Source: Octopus sinensis (Eukaryota). Taken from it: DNA of 64,000 nt. The notes beneath the pieces are model-generated. The model saw nothing but the letters and a program-made list of their open reading frames with translations, made no database searches and had not been told where the DNA came from. The stretch's first letter is position 1. Each line of letters opens with the position of its first letter. The stretch spans positions 141,608,001-141,672,000 of the forward strand of contig NC_042999.1 of NCBI RefSeq assembly GCF_006345805.1, read 5' to 3'. Made by a program: the position numbers and the translations under genes. Shown piece by piece: positions 13,305 through 26,400 of the stretch.

Positions 13305-14400
13305 ACAGAGTGGGGAACTCTGTCAAAAGTTTTTTCCAGGTCAACAAAGGCTAAGTACAATGGCTTACTTTTGGCCAAGTACTTTTCCTGCAGCTGTCTC
13401 ACTAAGAATAGGGCATGTGTGGTACTCTTTCCAGGTACAAAACCAAACTGCATTTCATCTAGTTTAATTCTATTTCTAATCAATTGAGTTATAACCCTCT
13501 CATTTACTTTCATGACTTGGTCTAGCAATTTAATACCTCTGTACTTGTTTCTATCTAAGGCATCACCATTACCCTTGTAGCAGCTAACTATTATACTACA
13601 ACAGCAGTCATTGGGGATGGTGCCTTCCTGAATAACCTGATTGACTATATGGGTGACTAAACTATATCCTACACCACCAGAAATTTTAATCATCTTGGCA
13701 GTGATTCCTGATGGCCCAGGGTCTTTCCCTGTCTTCACATCCTTAATTGCCTTATCTATTGTGCTGCTATTGTCTCCAATGGCTGGTCCCTCAATTGGTT
13801 TCATATTTGGTAGATTCTCTTTCTTCTATTCATTTTCCACACTTAGTAACCTTTCATAGTGACACTTCCATGCATCTTTCTTCTCTGAATCACTAAATGC
13901 AAGCATACCATTATCCATTCGCACACATTTCTCACCTACCACATCTCTATTTTCTCTGATACACTGCTTCGCAATCCTGAACACCTCATGCCTCTGATCC
14001 TCACACTGTAAAACATTTGCAAATCTCTTACCTTCATCTACTCCTTTTGCTATGTATACCTGACACCTAGCTGCCCTTTTGGCTACCTAATATAATTCTC
14101 TGTTTCCACCGTTTTTCCAGACTGATCTTTTTGCTTTTATAGCACTGTCAACCTCCTTGTTCCACCACCATGACACTCTTGGTCTAACTGGGACTCTGCA
14201 CCAACCACAGATTTTGTTCCTAGCCCTCAGTAGATTGTCCTGTAGAAATTTCCAATTGTCCTCTAAGTTATATGTCTCCAACTCTTCCTCACTTTTGTTA
14301 GAAGCTTTCATTAGTAAATCTCTAAATTTTCGTCTGTTTATTGGGTGTTTGAGCTTCCATAGTCTATATATATGCATTGATGTAGTTCTTAGGTCCATTG
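13305..14400 (-). mobile_element. RTE-clade LINE fragment, linker plus RT N-terminal half, disrupted
   Basis: ORF text KTGKDPGPSGIT...YRGIKLL...MQFGFVPGKSTTHALFLVRQLQEKYLAKSKPLYLAFVDLEKTFDRVP, plus upstream SWWWNKEVDSAIKAKR; these are typical RTE ORF2 motifs. Confidence 0.9.
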
Positions 14401-15690
14401 GATCCTGTCAAACTATTCATCTCATACCTACATGGAACATGGACATTAAATGATGATGATGAAAAGTTCCTTTATACACCCAGTATAAAGAAAATATTAG
14501 TGGGTAAGCCAACACTGGTATAAATACACTGTGAAAATTATCTAAGGCATTACAGCTAAGTTCTGGTTTGTATTTGATTTAAATAGTGATTGCTATAAGT
14601 TCTCATTTTCTCTTGCGTTTCTTCACTGTGTAGCCATGTCATCTGAGCCTGAATGATTGCTAGATTGAGCTTGGTATACTATATGAGCCATCCAGTGACT
14701 GTACTGTCTATGCTAAAAACTTGAAGTAGTTTATATGTAACCCCTGTATTCATCAAATGATACTTATTCCTTGCTAGGTTAAGTACTTTTTTGCTGATCC
14801 TACAAACAAGTGAGCATTATACTGGCACTTCCCAAATTGCATCTCCACTATTGTCTGTCATTCCCTACATTCACCTCTGTCCCAATTTCTGACCAACTGC
14901 TACTCTCCCTTCACATTACCTTGAATTTTGAGATGCTGTGGCTTCTAAAGGCTGACATGTCTATTCTCTTACCAGGTACACCCATCCATGCCTTAAGGAT
15001 GCGAGGTAGCCATGTATCTGCTCTATAATAAGATACTTGGGCTGTCCTCAGTCATATTTCTTTGCCCCTCAACACCTGGCATACAACCAACTCCTCACCT
15101 CTGACATTCCTCCACCCCTCCCTCCCACTAAGTGAAGGGGACTTTTTCTTTGTGCTATTTTTTTTTCCTTTCCTTCTACTGTACTTTCTTGTTTTGCAAG
15201 TTACTTGTTGAGTTCATTAGTGCCGATGGCGTAAGAAAAATCATTCAGTACATACTGTAAAGTGGCTGGCATTAGGAAGGGCATCCATTTGTAGAAACCA
15301 CACTAAAGCTGCTGAGCTTTCACAGTCCTGCAGCTCACTAGATCCTGTCAAATTATCCAACCCATACCAGTATGGAAAATGGAAGTTAAATGATGATAAT
15401 GATGGCGATGATGATGATGATGTTATACATAAAGAATTTAGTTTCTATACTGACTTCTATTTTTTATCAACACATGTGTACAAACAAACTGATGTAATTT
15501 CTAACCAGACCCATCACATGAAACTGTGTATGTGTTCTCCATATGTTTATTGTTAAAAGTTTGAATAGAACATGACTGTCTGACAGAGAACTACAGAGAA
15601 AGTACATTTTATATACAGTAGTGTGATTGTGGACTGGTTCTTTAGTTATGTGAGCATGGAGAGAGAAAGAGAGCGATAGAGCAGAGAGAG

Positions 15691-15742
<52 letters not shown>

Positions 15743-16176
15743 TGTGTGTGTGTGTCATCTGCCAAAGAGTAGCCCTTAAGCAAGAAACAATACAGGTAGT
15801 TAAATTTACAGACTCTTCATATTTGACAGATCAGGCTGTCAAACATAGCTGATTGCTGGATTGCTGCAGCTAACATGATATGATGCTTGATTGCATTCAC
15901 TCTTTCACAAGTCTGCTCTGTTCTGCGATCTTGTCTATTTTCTTCCAGCTTATATTAAGCTTGACTGATTTACCATCAATAACTTTGATTCATCAGCTTT
16001 TTGCTAACATCAATCAGTAAGTTTGATGTATAGTTGTTGAGAACCATTAGTTAATTTTTTTTAATGATATCATCAGCTGATTAGAAAAATTGAGTTGTTG
16101 TTTGTCAAAAATTTCTTGATATGAAATAATAAGTTGAGTTCAAACTTTAACACAGATCTATACTCAGAATGCTTAC

Positions 16177-16362
16177 AATGTTGAAAACAGCTGGGATAGT
16201 GCATTTTCGGCTGATGTAGGAATGGTATATAGGCAAAAGAAATGCTCGTATTTGATAGGTTAATGTGGAAAAACAGTCCTGTCCATCAATAGTCTCTTTA
16301 TCTACCCTGCTCCATATAACCACCATCATTTCATTTTTCTTTTGTATGAGTAAACAAGGACT
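16177..16362 (-). CDS. Exon E of the unnamed gene
   Basis: gcatgttcag|AGT CCT...AAC ATT|gtaagc; 62 codons, SPCLLIQKKNEMMVVIWSRVDKETIDGQDCFSTLTYQIRAFLLPIYHSYISRKCTIPAVFNI. Phase 0 in and out. Confidence 0.8.
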
Positions 16363-17289
16363 CTGAACATGCATATATTTGTACAGTTTTGTAAATATAA
16401 GAGCAAATAGATGTCCACATTCAAACAAAGGTGTGTGGAATAGCCTATGTATGATACACACACACTTACACACTTTGTAATGGCTACTCCAGTTTGTATA
16501 CCATGCACACATATACGTATGTGTATGTAGGTGGGGGGGGGTATACAGGATGTTCAGGATAAATTTGACAATTTTATGTCTCCTTTTTTCGCAAGAACAA
16601 CTTGATACATTGGTGAAAAGTCAATAGCATTGGAGAGTATAAAGATTGAAGTTGTAGCTGAAAAAAAGTTAGCTGATATGGAGAACTGGAAGCCATCTGA
16701 ATATTGAATGATTCATGCTGGGTATCTAAATGCCAACATCATGACTCTGTAAAGGCTGTAAAATGTGAAATAGACAGATGCAACAGAGACTACAAAGTTC
16801 ATACTACACATGGCAGAGCAGGATGTTCTTTTGGGTTAGTGAAAAACTAACACCTTAGCTGCAACAGACTTTCCATGAGAGTAACCAGATTTGGTGGTGC
16901 TGGATTAAAATTTCGTGGTGCTAGAGTAGATTATCAGAGTGGATGGTGCTGTAGTCTATTTGGGTGGTGTGGTAGAGATTAGGCACTGTGCCTTTGAGGA
17001 TAGAGCAATCAGGCCTAAGGTGGTATATATCAACTGTTGGCTGCCAGTGGCTTGAAGTTCATTAACAAGGAGTACTCCTGGTGGCAACAATAAGATAGTT
17101 TATTCTTCCTGTTGATGGACATTGCAGGTTGGTGGAGTATGTATAATCCCTTGCAGAGGCAGAGATGGCAATTACAAGTTACAGTTGATTATGGAGGGGC
17201 TCTGTCAATGATACTCTATTTGACGTTGGGACCCCTGCACTTGAAGGAGTGCTTATGTCATGTACGCCTTCCCTTGTACATACTTACAT

Positions 17290-18130
17290 ATATATGTATA
17301 TATACATGCATATATGGGTACAGGATGTTAAAAAATGCAAACAACATGAAAAAGGAGAACATGAAATGCAAAACATGGAAAACAAACTTATTTTGCTGAC
17401 AACAAAAGAAACAAATAGAAAAACGAGACAGGCAACATAAAGAACAATCACTTCATCCGTTGTCCACTGTTTTATCTACTCCAGATTTTGACATTAGGAC
17501 AAGATGTGTCTTTGTCAAAACAGTCGCTCCCACAAAGCAAATTAAATAAAATTTGGGATTTGCAGAGGGTCAAAGTTGGTAACAAAAACAGGACAGTTAA
17601 AACAAACAGTAAGTAAACTGTTAAGCCATAACGAGGTGAAGTGGTGAATGCTGGAGAAACAAGCTTTAACGGGAGACAGACAAAAATGCATGCTATCCCT
17701 TGTAGCTGAACAAGAAGAAAGAAAGAAATTTTAGTTAGAAGAAGAAAGATGGTCGCCGGTCACATGTGAGCAACAAGAGAGTCAAGGAGGAAGAGTAAGG
17801 GAGAGAGAGGGACAGATAGAGAACAGTGAAGGGGGAGTAGAAGAATTAGAGAAAGGGTGGGAGAGAAAAAAGAATATAGAAAGAGGAAGAGAAAGAGAAA
17901 TAGGGATAGTGATAGAATAGTGTCGCATCAGAATTATTAAGATAAAACTTACTTGGAAATGGATGCATGGCATTCGATCATATAATAATATAAATAATAT
18001 GCATATATATGCACATATACATACATACATGTACATACTTACATATATATTTATATGCACATGCATATATGGGTACAGGACATAAAAAAATGTAAACAAC
18101 ATGAAAAACGAGAACATGAAATGCAAAAAC
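17290..18130 (-). repeat. Dispersed repeat family with partial tandem self-duplication
   Basis: Reverse-complement match to 31030-31740 and 31690-32235 (gagcaactgttttgtcgaaa...caactgatgaagg...tgaatgccatgcatccatttcc). Confidence 0.7.
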
Positions 18131-18595
18131 TAAATACCTATAACTCCAAAATTATATAACTAAATAGCCACCAATCCTTTAAGTCTATACAGATAATATT
18201 TCCACTAGTCTTCCATAGTTATTAATATAAAAGTGAAATCTTGATATTTTATTCACTCAAAAACAAAATAAACTTGATTGAACTTAACTTAACTAATAAT
18301 ATAACTAATTCTGAGTGAATTACACTATTTCATAATCCAAAAGTTAATAATTAAAACACTACATACATATTAAATATTTGTTATCCTTACATGCTTTAAT
18401 GTTAAACTTATACCAGTAACTTAATGGATAATACTAAAATCTTTATAAATAGGAACTAATAAAAGAATACATGTAATTAACAATTATTATATATATATTA
18501 TAATTCTACCCTGGGGTAGTTTTCTACCTGGCCAACTCCTGTCAAACTATCCAACCCATTCCTGCATGGAAGGCAGACTTTAAATGATGATGATG

Positions 18596-18710
<115 letters not shown>

Positions 18711-18773
18711 CAGAATCAGCCAAAAATATGTATACATACGTCAAGGAAAGAAAAATGTCTAGAAATATTTTGA

Positions 18774-20766
18774 TGTAGGTTTTTGCAGTCATTTTCATAC
18801 GTTTGTCATTCAATTTGATAATCGGGTCATTCAAGGGTGTGAAAAAGTTAGCGCCATGAAGTTAGGCATTCAAATTCATTTTACAATCATTCAGTTTTGC
18901 ACATCGGTCAAAGAATTTAGCATTTACATCATTCAAAATAAAATGCCTATCGAGAGCATTCAAATAAGTCGGAATGTGAGGAAGCATCTTTTCGAGCATT
19001 CAAATTCGTTTTAGAGCAATCTATTTAACAGTTCAAGCAATCAAATTAGCACGATAGCTATTTTGGATTTATCTCATGGTCATTGTTATCATAATCATGT
19101 GTTTTCATCCATTGTTTATGCTTTAAGTACTCTATCATGCCCATGTCTTTTCTATGTATTCTTTTATTTTTGCATAGGTACATGTATTTATTGTGAGACT
19201 TCATGAAATTGCATTCCAGCCTTTTCAATCTTTTTAAAGAAACTCACAATTACAAAAAATGTTCATTTTCTTTGATTTTGAACACATCATGTTGTGATAT
19301 GTGTTCTTCCTTTGCATAATATGTCTTGTTGGGAAAAGTATATATTTCTTTGATTTTTGCATTTTTTCTTTCATCAGGGAAAGGGTGCTATGTACACTAA
19401 GATAATTATTGATTTACAGTCTTGATAAGAAGAGTTTGTTTGAGAAGATTTAGCCATCTATTTCCTGGCAGTTGAGGCACCGTGGGAGGTAGGTCTCTGT
19501 GTGTCTATACCAACGAACACAATTTTCTGGAGTGATAGCTTTGATATTACACCTTGCGACCTGTTGTATGACATGTGCTCATTCCTCCATGGTCATGTCA
19601 GCCAAGAACTCCTCGAAAGAGTTTTGTGTAACAGTATCATTCACAATGGAGTGGTGAACCAGGCCAATTTCTCCCAACATTGTGAAAGTGCTATTGCAGT
19701 TTTCCCACACTGATAGTTGACAACTCGGCGAACAGGAATGCCTCAAGGGTCTCATCCAAAAGGTCACCTGATCCAAATGTTGTACCCACATTTATCGATA
19801 AATATGTAATAGATGATGACTTCCTTTTCCATAAACCAATGCATGTACTTATAATGCTTTTCTAGAGTTCTTGGGGGTATTTCTTGCATCTGGGACATCT
19901 TCGGCCAGCTTCATAATTATCAACATCCCATCTAGAGCCCACGAGATAGCAGACATGGAAACAGGTAGCTTTCCAGGCAATGCTGCCTCTAAGTCCCTCT
20001 TCATCTGTTGAAAGGTTGCAAGTAGGTTGGCACCAATAATCACCTGAAACCTGGCTCACATTTCCTCATCAACCTTAATGAGGTGGGTAGCTCCTCTGGA
20101 CAACTTGTGGTACCTCCCAGACTGTAGGTAGGTCACTACTATGGATCAGGCAGTACTCCTTTTAATGCCAAATGTGTCTACCAGTTGCAGGTAATCTCAA
20201 AGGCGTCAACCAGCCTTGCCCTATCTTCATCCAATATACGCATGTATCTTATGTGTGGCTCCATGATTACAAACTGGTATAAGAGAAAGGAATATAAAAT
20301 GTAACTGATACCAACCAATTACAAGTGTTGCAATGAAAAAGACTTTCATGTACAGAAGAATCAATTTATTTCTTCTTTGTAGTTATAACAGCATAATAAA
20401 ATTTGCATGACAAAACATGTCACTTAAATTTGTCATTTTTAACACTCACTTCTTAGAATGTGAGTAAAAACAGACATGTAAAATTAGTGCTAAATTGAAT
20501 AAACTTATTCCAAATTTGAATGCTCACATGCAAATTTGAATGCTCGAAAAGATACTTCTTCACATTCCAACTAATCTGAATGCTCTCGACAGGCATTTTA
20601 ATTTGAATGATGTAAATGCCAAATTCTTTGACCAAAGTGCAAAATTGAATGATTGAAAGACAAATTTGAATGACTAACTTCATGGCACTAATGTTTTTTG
20701 TGACTTTAAATGACCCAGTTATCAAATTGAATGACAAATGTACAAATATGACTGCAAAAGCTTATA
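18774..20766 (-). mobile_element. Tc1/IS630-like DNA transposon of about 2 kb with long TIRs and a decayed transposase
   Basis: About 18776-19050 and 20480-20764 are inverted copies (TA(G/A)G(T/C)TTTTGCAGTCAT... ends, TA flank on the right). Internal minus-strand fragments read MKLAEDVPDARNTPKN, YIFIDKCGYNIW and GEIGLVHHSIVNDTVTQNSFEEFL. Confidence 0.8.
19440..20260 (-). pseudogene. Frameshifted DDE transposase, IS630/Tc1 type
   Basis: ORF pieces 19849-20043 and 19579-19791. An IFID(E/K)CGYNIW-like first-Asp motif lies at about 19780-19810. Confidence 0.65.
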
Positions 20767-20799
20767 CTAAATTTATTCAGATATCACAGAATTGATACA

Positions 20800-21300
20800 G
20801 TCTATCTTTAACCTCCACAATTGCAAGAGGTGCTCAAAGTGGTCACCATTAGCTTCCAGACACTTATTAGTACAGCGAAATGCTGCTTTGGGCAATGTTG
20901 GCCAAAGTGTTCAGTAAGATTGCTGCACATGCCATTCAATTTCTTCCTAAAGGACTGTCAGTGCAGTCAGTATTCTGCAATACAGTCATTCTTTAGGGTA
21001 ACCCATAAGTAAAAGTTTCTGCAAATGTTAAATCAGGAGAACATGCAAGTAACTCAATTGTATACTATCTTGTGTTCTTGCAAATTCTTATCCAGATAAG
21101 CTCACATGTCTCTGCAGTAGTGTGTTGGTGTGCTGTCTTGTTGAAAAAATGTCATCATTTCGATAAAATACATGTATGGCAGGTAAAATGGCTATGCATA
21201 GCATGTCTAGGTGTGCCTGAACAGTGTCAGAACCTTCAAAGAAAAATGGTCCTATTAAACATTTTGATGACACTCTACACCAAACATTGACACTCAGTAA
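20800..21300 (-). mobile_element. Tc1/mariner DDD-type transposase remnant, C-terminal half
   Basis: WCRVSSKCLIGPFFFEGSDTVQAHLDML...ILP and a degenerate SPDLT motif resemble the VWCG...IGPFFF...YLDML...WPPRSPDL signature. Confidence 0.65.
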
Positions 21301-21589
21301 ATTGACTGCTTTGTCAACATGTCAAAAAATGCATAAAAGTTTAAAGGTAAGTTATATTAATCCTATGATGTCTGAATAAATTTACCACTAAAATGTTTCT
21401 ACACATTTTTTCTTTCTCTGAAGTGTATATAAATTCTTTTGGCAAACTCTCTCTCGCTCTCTCTCTCTCCATATATATATATATATATATGTATATATAA
21501 CATATATATATATATATATATAAAATATATATACATACATACATATGCATACATATATATATGCATGTATATTTATGTATATATGTATA

Positions 21590-21680
<91 letters not shown>

Positions 21681-22085
21681 GTATGTTTGTATGTATGTAT
21701 GTATGTATGTATGTATTTATTTATATATTATATATGTGTATACGTATAAATATATGTATGTGTGTGTATACAAAAAACAAGCAAACACACACACACACAC
21801 ATGCACACACAAATATGCATAAATGTATGTATGTGCATATGTATGTGGTAACTAGGATTAAAAAGCGACACCTAAAGATTCAGTGCAGTCAGTTTGTCTG
21901 GGTGGCTGTATACAACAGGTGGAAGGAAAGAATAGGCGACAGTTGAAAGTTTTAGACAACACTTGACAGTTACATAGCCCATGATATCAACTGCCTTTCA
22001 TTGTACATGATGTGAGGAGCCATTCATACTTAATCAATCTTTATCTCTGGTTCTGGTTCATTTCTACCCACTGCTGAGTACATAC

Positions 22086-22176
22086 GTTTGTAGCCTTAGT
22101 TACAGTCAGTATACATTCTTTACATTCTAAACTTTTCCCATGTAAGACTGCTTTGCACACTTTGACATTTTTATAC

Positions 22177-22179
<3 letters not shown>
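22086..22179 (-). CDS. Exon D of the unnamed gene
   Basis: (CA)n-cag|T TTG TAT...ACA AAC|gtatgt; encodes LYKNVKVCKAVLHGKSLECKECILTVTKATN. Phase 2 in, phase 0 out, matching exons C and E. Confidence 0.7.
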
Positions 22180-22207
<28 letters not shown>

Positions 22208-23349
22208 TGTGTGTGTGTGTGTGTGTGTACATATACGCATATATACATATGTATATGTCATTATCATCATCATCAGTTAAAATCTGCTTTTAATGCTGGC
22301 ATAGGTAGGATGGTTTGACATGGTACCAGCAAGCTGCAGAGATGCATCAAGCTCTGATGTCATCTTTGGAATGGTTTCTATGGCTGAATGCCCTTCCTAA
22401 TGCCAACCATTTAACTCAGTGTACTGGGTGCCTTTTTCATGCCACCAGCACTAGTGTCATGTAACTTGCAAACAAAAAATACCACAGAAAAACGAAGCAG
22501 TAAAAGCCTCTACAACTAAGAGGAAGTATTTAAGAAGAGAAAGTGTAGGTGGGTGGATATATGGGTGAGTGGTGCTGAAAGGCTAAAGTATGATAGAGGG
22601 ACAAGCACAGGTGTCTTGCTATAGAGGAGATATATGGCTGAAGGAGATAAAAGGTAGGTAGTGGTGGGGTGCTAGAGCAAACTCTTAAGGATCAAGAAGG
22701 TGAGCATTAGAGAGGGTGAGGACAGTGAACCATGGGAGGAGATGAGAGAGTGGGTGCTTTTATAAGAGTGTATGTGTGGGGGAGCGGAGTGGCAAATAGA
22801 TGGAGGTAAAGGTTAATGTAATGAGTGATGAACAAAGGTGCAGATGATGGGAAATACCAGTATGGAGAGGGCTTAGGTGGGAGATATAAGAGTGACTCAA
22901 GAAGGAGAATAGAACAAGAAGTTGTAGAATGATGTGCAAATAGGAGCTGTGGAGGGGGAGATATAGAGATACATATAGTAGGTTAGTTATGATGTTAGAT
23001 GTGCGAGGGCATCAAGAATGATAGCATATAAAAGAGATGTTTAGAACAGAGGGGAGATAGAGTAGTGGCTGAAGTCACAGAAAGGTAACCTGTTGAAATA
23101 GTGTGGACAAGGATGATGAAGCATTGAAGGCGTTCCACTGAGAGAAGAGGCACTGTTTGGGAAGGGATGGAATATAGTATGTGCTGATACTGCTCTCTGG
23201 TGAGTACAGTAGCCATGTAGTACCACAGTTGGGTGGTGGGGATGAAAAAATTTGGAGAGGAATGCTTGACATATCAGGGAGAGGGGAAAGAGAAAAGGGG
23301 GACAGGGCCTCACATATACAAGAATAACTGAGTGGGGTTTTGCTGTAAT

Positions 23350-23530
23350 TGGTGGCTCTTCTTGAGCACAGCAAAATGCCAAACATCTCAGTCCTTTGTC
23401 ATCACCTTGTAAGGCTCAGCATCTTGAGATCAGCCTTCAGTACTTCATCCCATGTCTTCCTGCATCTTCCTCTTCCATCACTTCCATCCACTTTAAACAA
23501 TTGGCACTTTTTTATGCAACTGTCCTCATC

Positions 23531-23535
<5 letters not shown>
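23350..23535 (-). mobile_element. RTE LINE 3' fragment
   Basis: DEDSCIKKCQLFKVDGSDGRGRCRKTWDEVLKADLKMLSL is an RTE ORF2 C-terminal GRPRKTW-like motif. Confidence 0.75.
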
Positions 23536-23586
<51 letters not shown>

Positions 23587-23605
23587 GTGTGTATGTGTCT
23601 GTGTA

Positions 23606-24536
23606 TACAAGAGGGTACCCAAAATTAACCAGAAATATTTTCTGTGGGAAAAAACCCATTGTCGTTCAGGCTTCTGCTATTAGAAGCCACTTCATGTGAC
23701 TCTCAGGCATTCATCTGCAACCAGCCTCGTTGAGCAAAGTTGTACTGCCATGTGATGTGTCTTCGTTTTGCAGTGCTTCTCCTGTTTGTCAATTTTTACA
23801 ATAGCTGAAACAAAGGAACAACATGCTTCCATGAAATTTTGTTTTCTGCTGGGGAAAATGGCCGCTGAAACAGTTGTCATGCTTCAAACAGCTTACAAGG
23901 ATGCTGCCATGAGCAAAATGCTTTAGGAATGGTCACTTGTCACTTGAAAACCAACCTCATTCAGGATGACCATTGACCTCTCAAACAAATGAAAACATCA
24001 TGAAAATTCATGAGTTGATCACTGAACCTGAATACATGTCATGAACTGAAAGAACAGTTGGAAGTTGATCCAGACCATTTTCCAAAGATTGTGGTGGGTG
24101 GATGTATGGCTGGGTGGTGCTGAAGGGCTAAAGTATGACAGAAAGACAAGCACAGATGTCTTGCTATAGAGGAGCTATATGGCTGGAGGAGATAAAAGGT
24201 AGGTAGTAGTGAGGTGCAAGAGCAAACTCTTAAGGGTCATGAAGGTGAGCACTAGAGAGGGTGAGCACAGAGAATCGAAGCTCATCACTGGTGACGAAAG
24301 TTGGTGTTATGGAATTTGAAGATGCAGAAGAGGTGAAGAAAAAAAAACAACGGAGGCATCAAAAGGCATCACTTTGCAAGAGTTCTAGTACTGCTTTGAA
24401 TAGTGGAAAATGTGTCTAGACCAATGCATTGCTTCAAACGGAGAATATTTTGAAGACCATAAAAGCGTAAGCATGTAAAACTAAGTGAATAAAATAATAT
24501 TACAAAATTCTGCTTTTTTGGGGGTACCCCTATGTA
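23606..24536 (+). mobile_element. Internally deleted mariner element with a nested repeat insertion
   Basis: TA-flanked ends CAAGAGGGTACCC and GGGGTACCCCTATG. The 5' part encodes ETKEQHASMKFCFLLGKMAAETVVMLQTAYKDAAMSK and the 3' part CIASNGEYFED. Confidence 0.85.
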
Positions 24537-24545
24537 TACACACGT

Positions 24546-24622
<77 letters not shown>

Positions 24623-24794
24623 ACACAGATATTCTTCATGCAGAATATACTTCTTAATGCTCAAGAGGTTTAAACTTGAGCAGGTTGAGGAGTAAATGTG
24701 AGGATAAGCAAGATAGGTAAATTGATATACATAAAATATTAAATACATTTAAATATATTTTGTATACCGACACGCCTAACTTGTTTATCCTTAC

Positions 24795-24825
<31 letters not shown>

Positions 24826-25685
24826 CTCACACACATGCACACCCATATGTGTGTGCACACACATGCATACACACATATGTATAGTGTTTTATTTAAGCTG
24901 AAAATACTTCACAAGCTCAGTGCAACTCTCTGATGATCAGTTATATGAAATTCTTAATAACAGTTTGTGAAAGTTTTTCAGCTTCAATAAAACACTTCAG
25001 TACTCGAGAGCTATTTTTTTCCACCGTGTTTTGCACCTATACACTTGCATGTGTGTATATCTATATTTATACCTATATCTACATATATGCATGTGAGCGC
25101 GCACACACACACACATTTATATTATCCTCTTCATTACTTCATCATCATTTTATGTCCATTTTTCAAACTACGTTGAGCAAGATATCACAGAGTGAGTCAG
25201 TTCTTAGTTGAAGCTGGTACTCACAAAAATGTTTTGATGACCATGTCTCACACATTGATTTCAATTTAATGCCCTCTATAACTGGATACCTTTCCTATCC
25301 CTATCTGCTTTACAGAATGAAGCAGGTGAGTTTATTCATGACATCGTGCCCTAGTAAATTTGTCAATTCCTTAAGGACAAATCAAAAAATTTTTCTCTAC
25401 CTTAAGTTATTTCTATTCATTCACCAACCACTTAGTAGAATACATTGGGGGTAGATTTCATTGACACCAGCATTAGAGAAGTTGTTTTGTCTCAAGCAAG
25501 ACAACGAAAATTTATTCTATGTTACTTCCATCTATTTATTTACCAGTACCAGAAAAAGTCATCTCATCCCTGGCACTGATAAAAAGGAACAAGTTGGAGA
25601 GAACAGAAGAGAGAGGAGAGAGGAATGGAAGAGACCAAAAGTGATAGGATCAAGACTGTAATAGAAGAGGCAAGAAAGGAAGGGC

Positions 25686-25728
<43 letters not shown>

Positions 25729-25979
25729 AACAGACGGATGGACAGACAATGAGGGAGAGCTGCTCAGTGATTTTTGGTGAAGAGATTGGATAGAAATCCA
25801 ATAAGTTGATAGGTGATAAAGACAGTCATAGAGGGAGAGAGAGTAAAAGTGAGAATACTGAAAGTGAAAGAGTGATGATAGAGTTTTATTTACAATCAGT
25901 GGTGGAGGATAGATTTCAATTTTGTTCATTAAATCTAATTCTTTGATGTCACACTTAACCAAATTTTTCATGCATGATA

Positions 25980-26400
25980 GGCACAGGCAGGGCTGTGTGA
26001 TAAGAAGTTTGCTTCCTAGCCATATGGTTTGAGATTCAGTCCCACTGCATAGCACCTTCGGTAAGTGTCTTCTACTATAGCTATAGGCTGACCAAAGCCT
26101 TGTGGAATGGATTTGGTAGACAAAAACTGAAAGAAGCCTGTTGTGTGTGTATGTGTGTGTATGTGCGCACACGTGTGTGTGTTTGAGTCAGTGTTTGCCC
26201 CCCACCATTGCTTGATAACTGGTGTTGGGGTGTTTATGTTCTTGTAACTTAACAGTTTGGCAAAAGAAACCTATACAATAAGTACCAGGCTTAAAAAATA
26301 GATAAGTACTGGTGTTGATTCATTTGACTAAAAGTTCTTCAAGGCAGTGCCCCAGCATGGCTACAGTCTAGTGACTGAGACAAGTAAAAGATAAAAGAAA
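25980..26400 (+). mobile_element. Second tRNA-derived SINE family copy
   Basis: ggctgtgtgataagaagtttgctt...ctataggctgaccaaagccttgtgg...gatttggtagac...actgaaagaagc. Same family in reverse at 38185-39185 and 45546-45948. Confidence 0.7.

Noticed and set aside
18391-18433. 43-nt candidate exon (YYPLSYWYKFNIKA)
   Set aside because: It ends in phase 1 and would break the frame between exons D and E, which already join cleanly.
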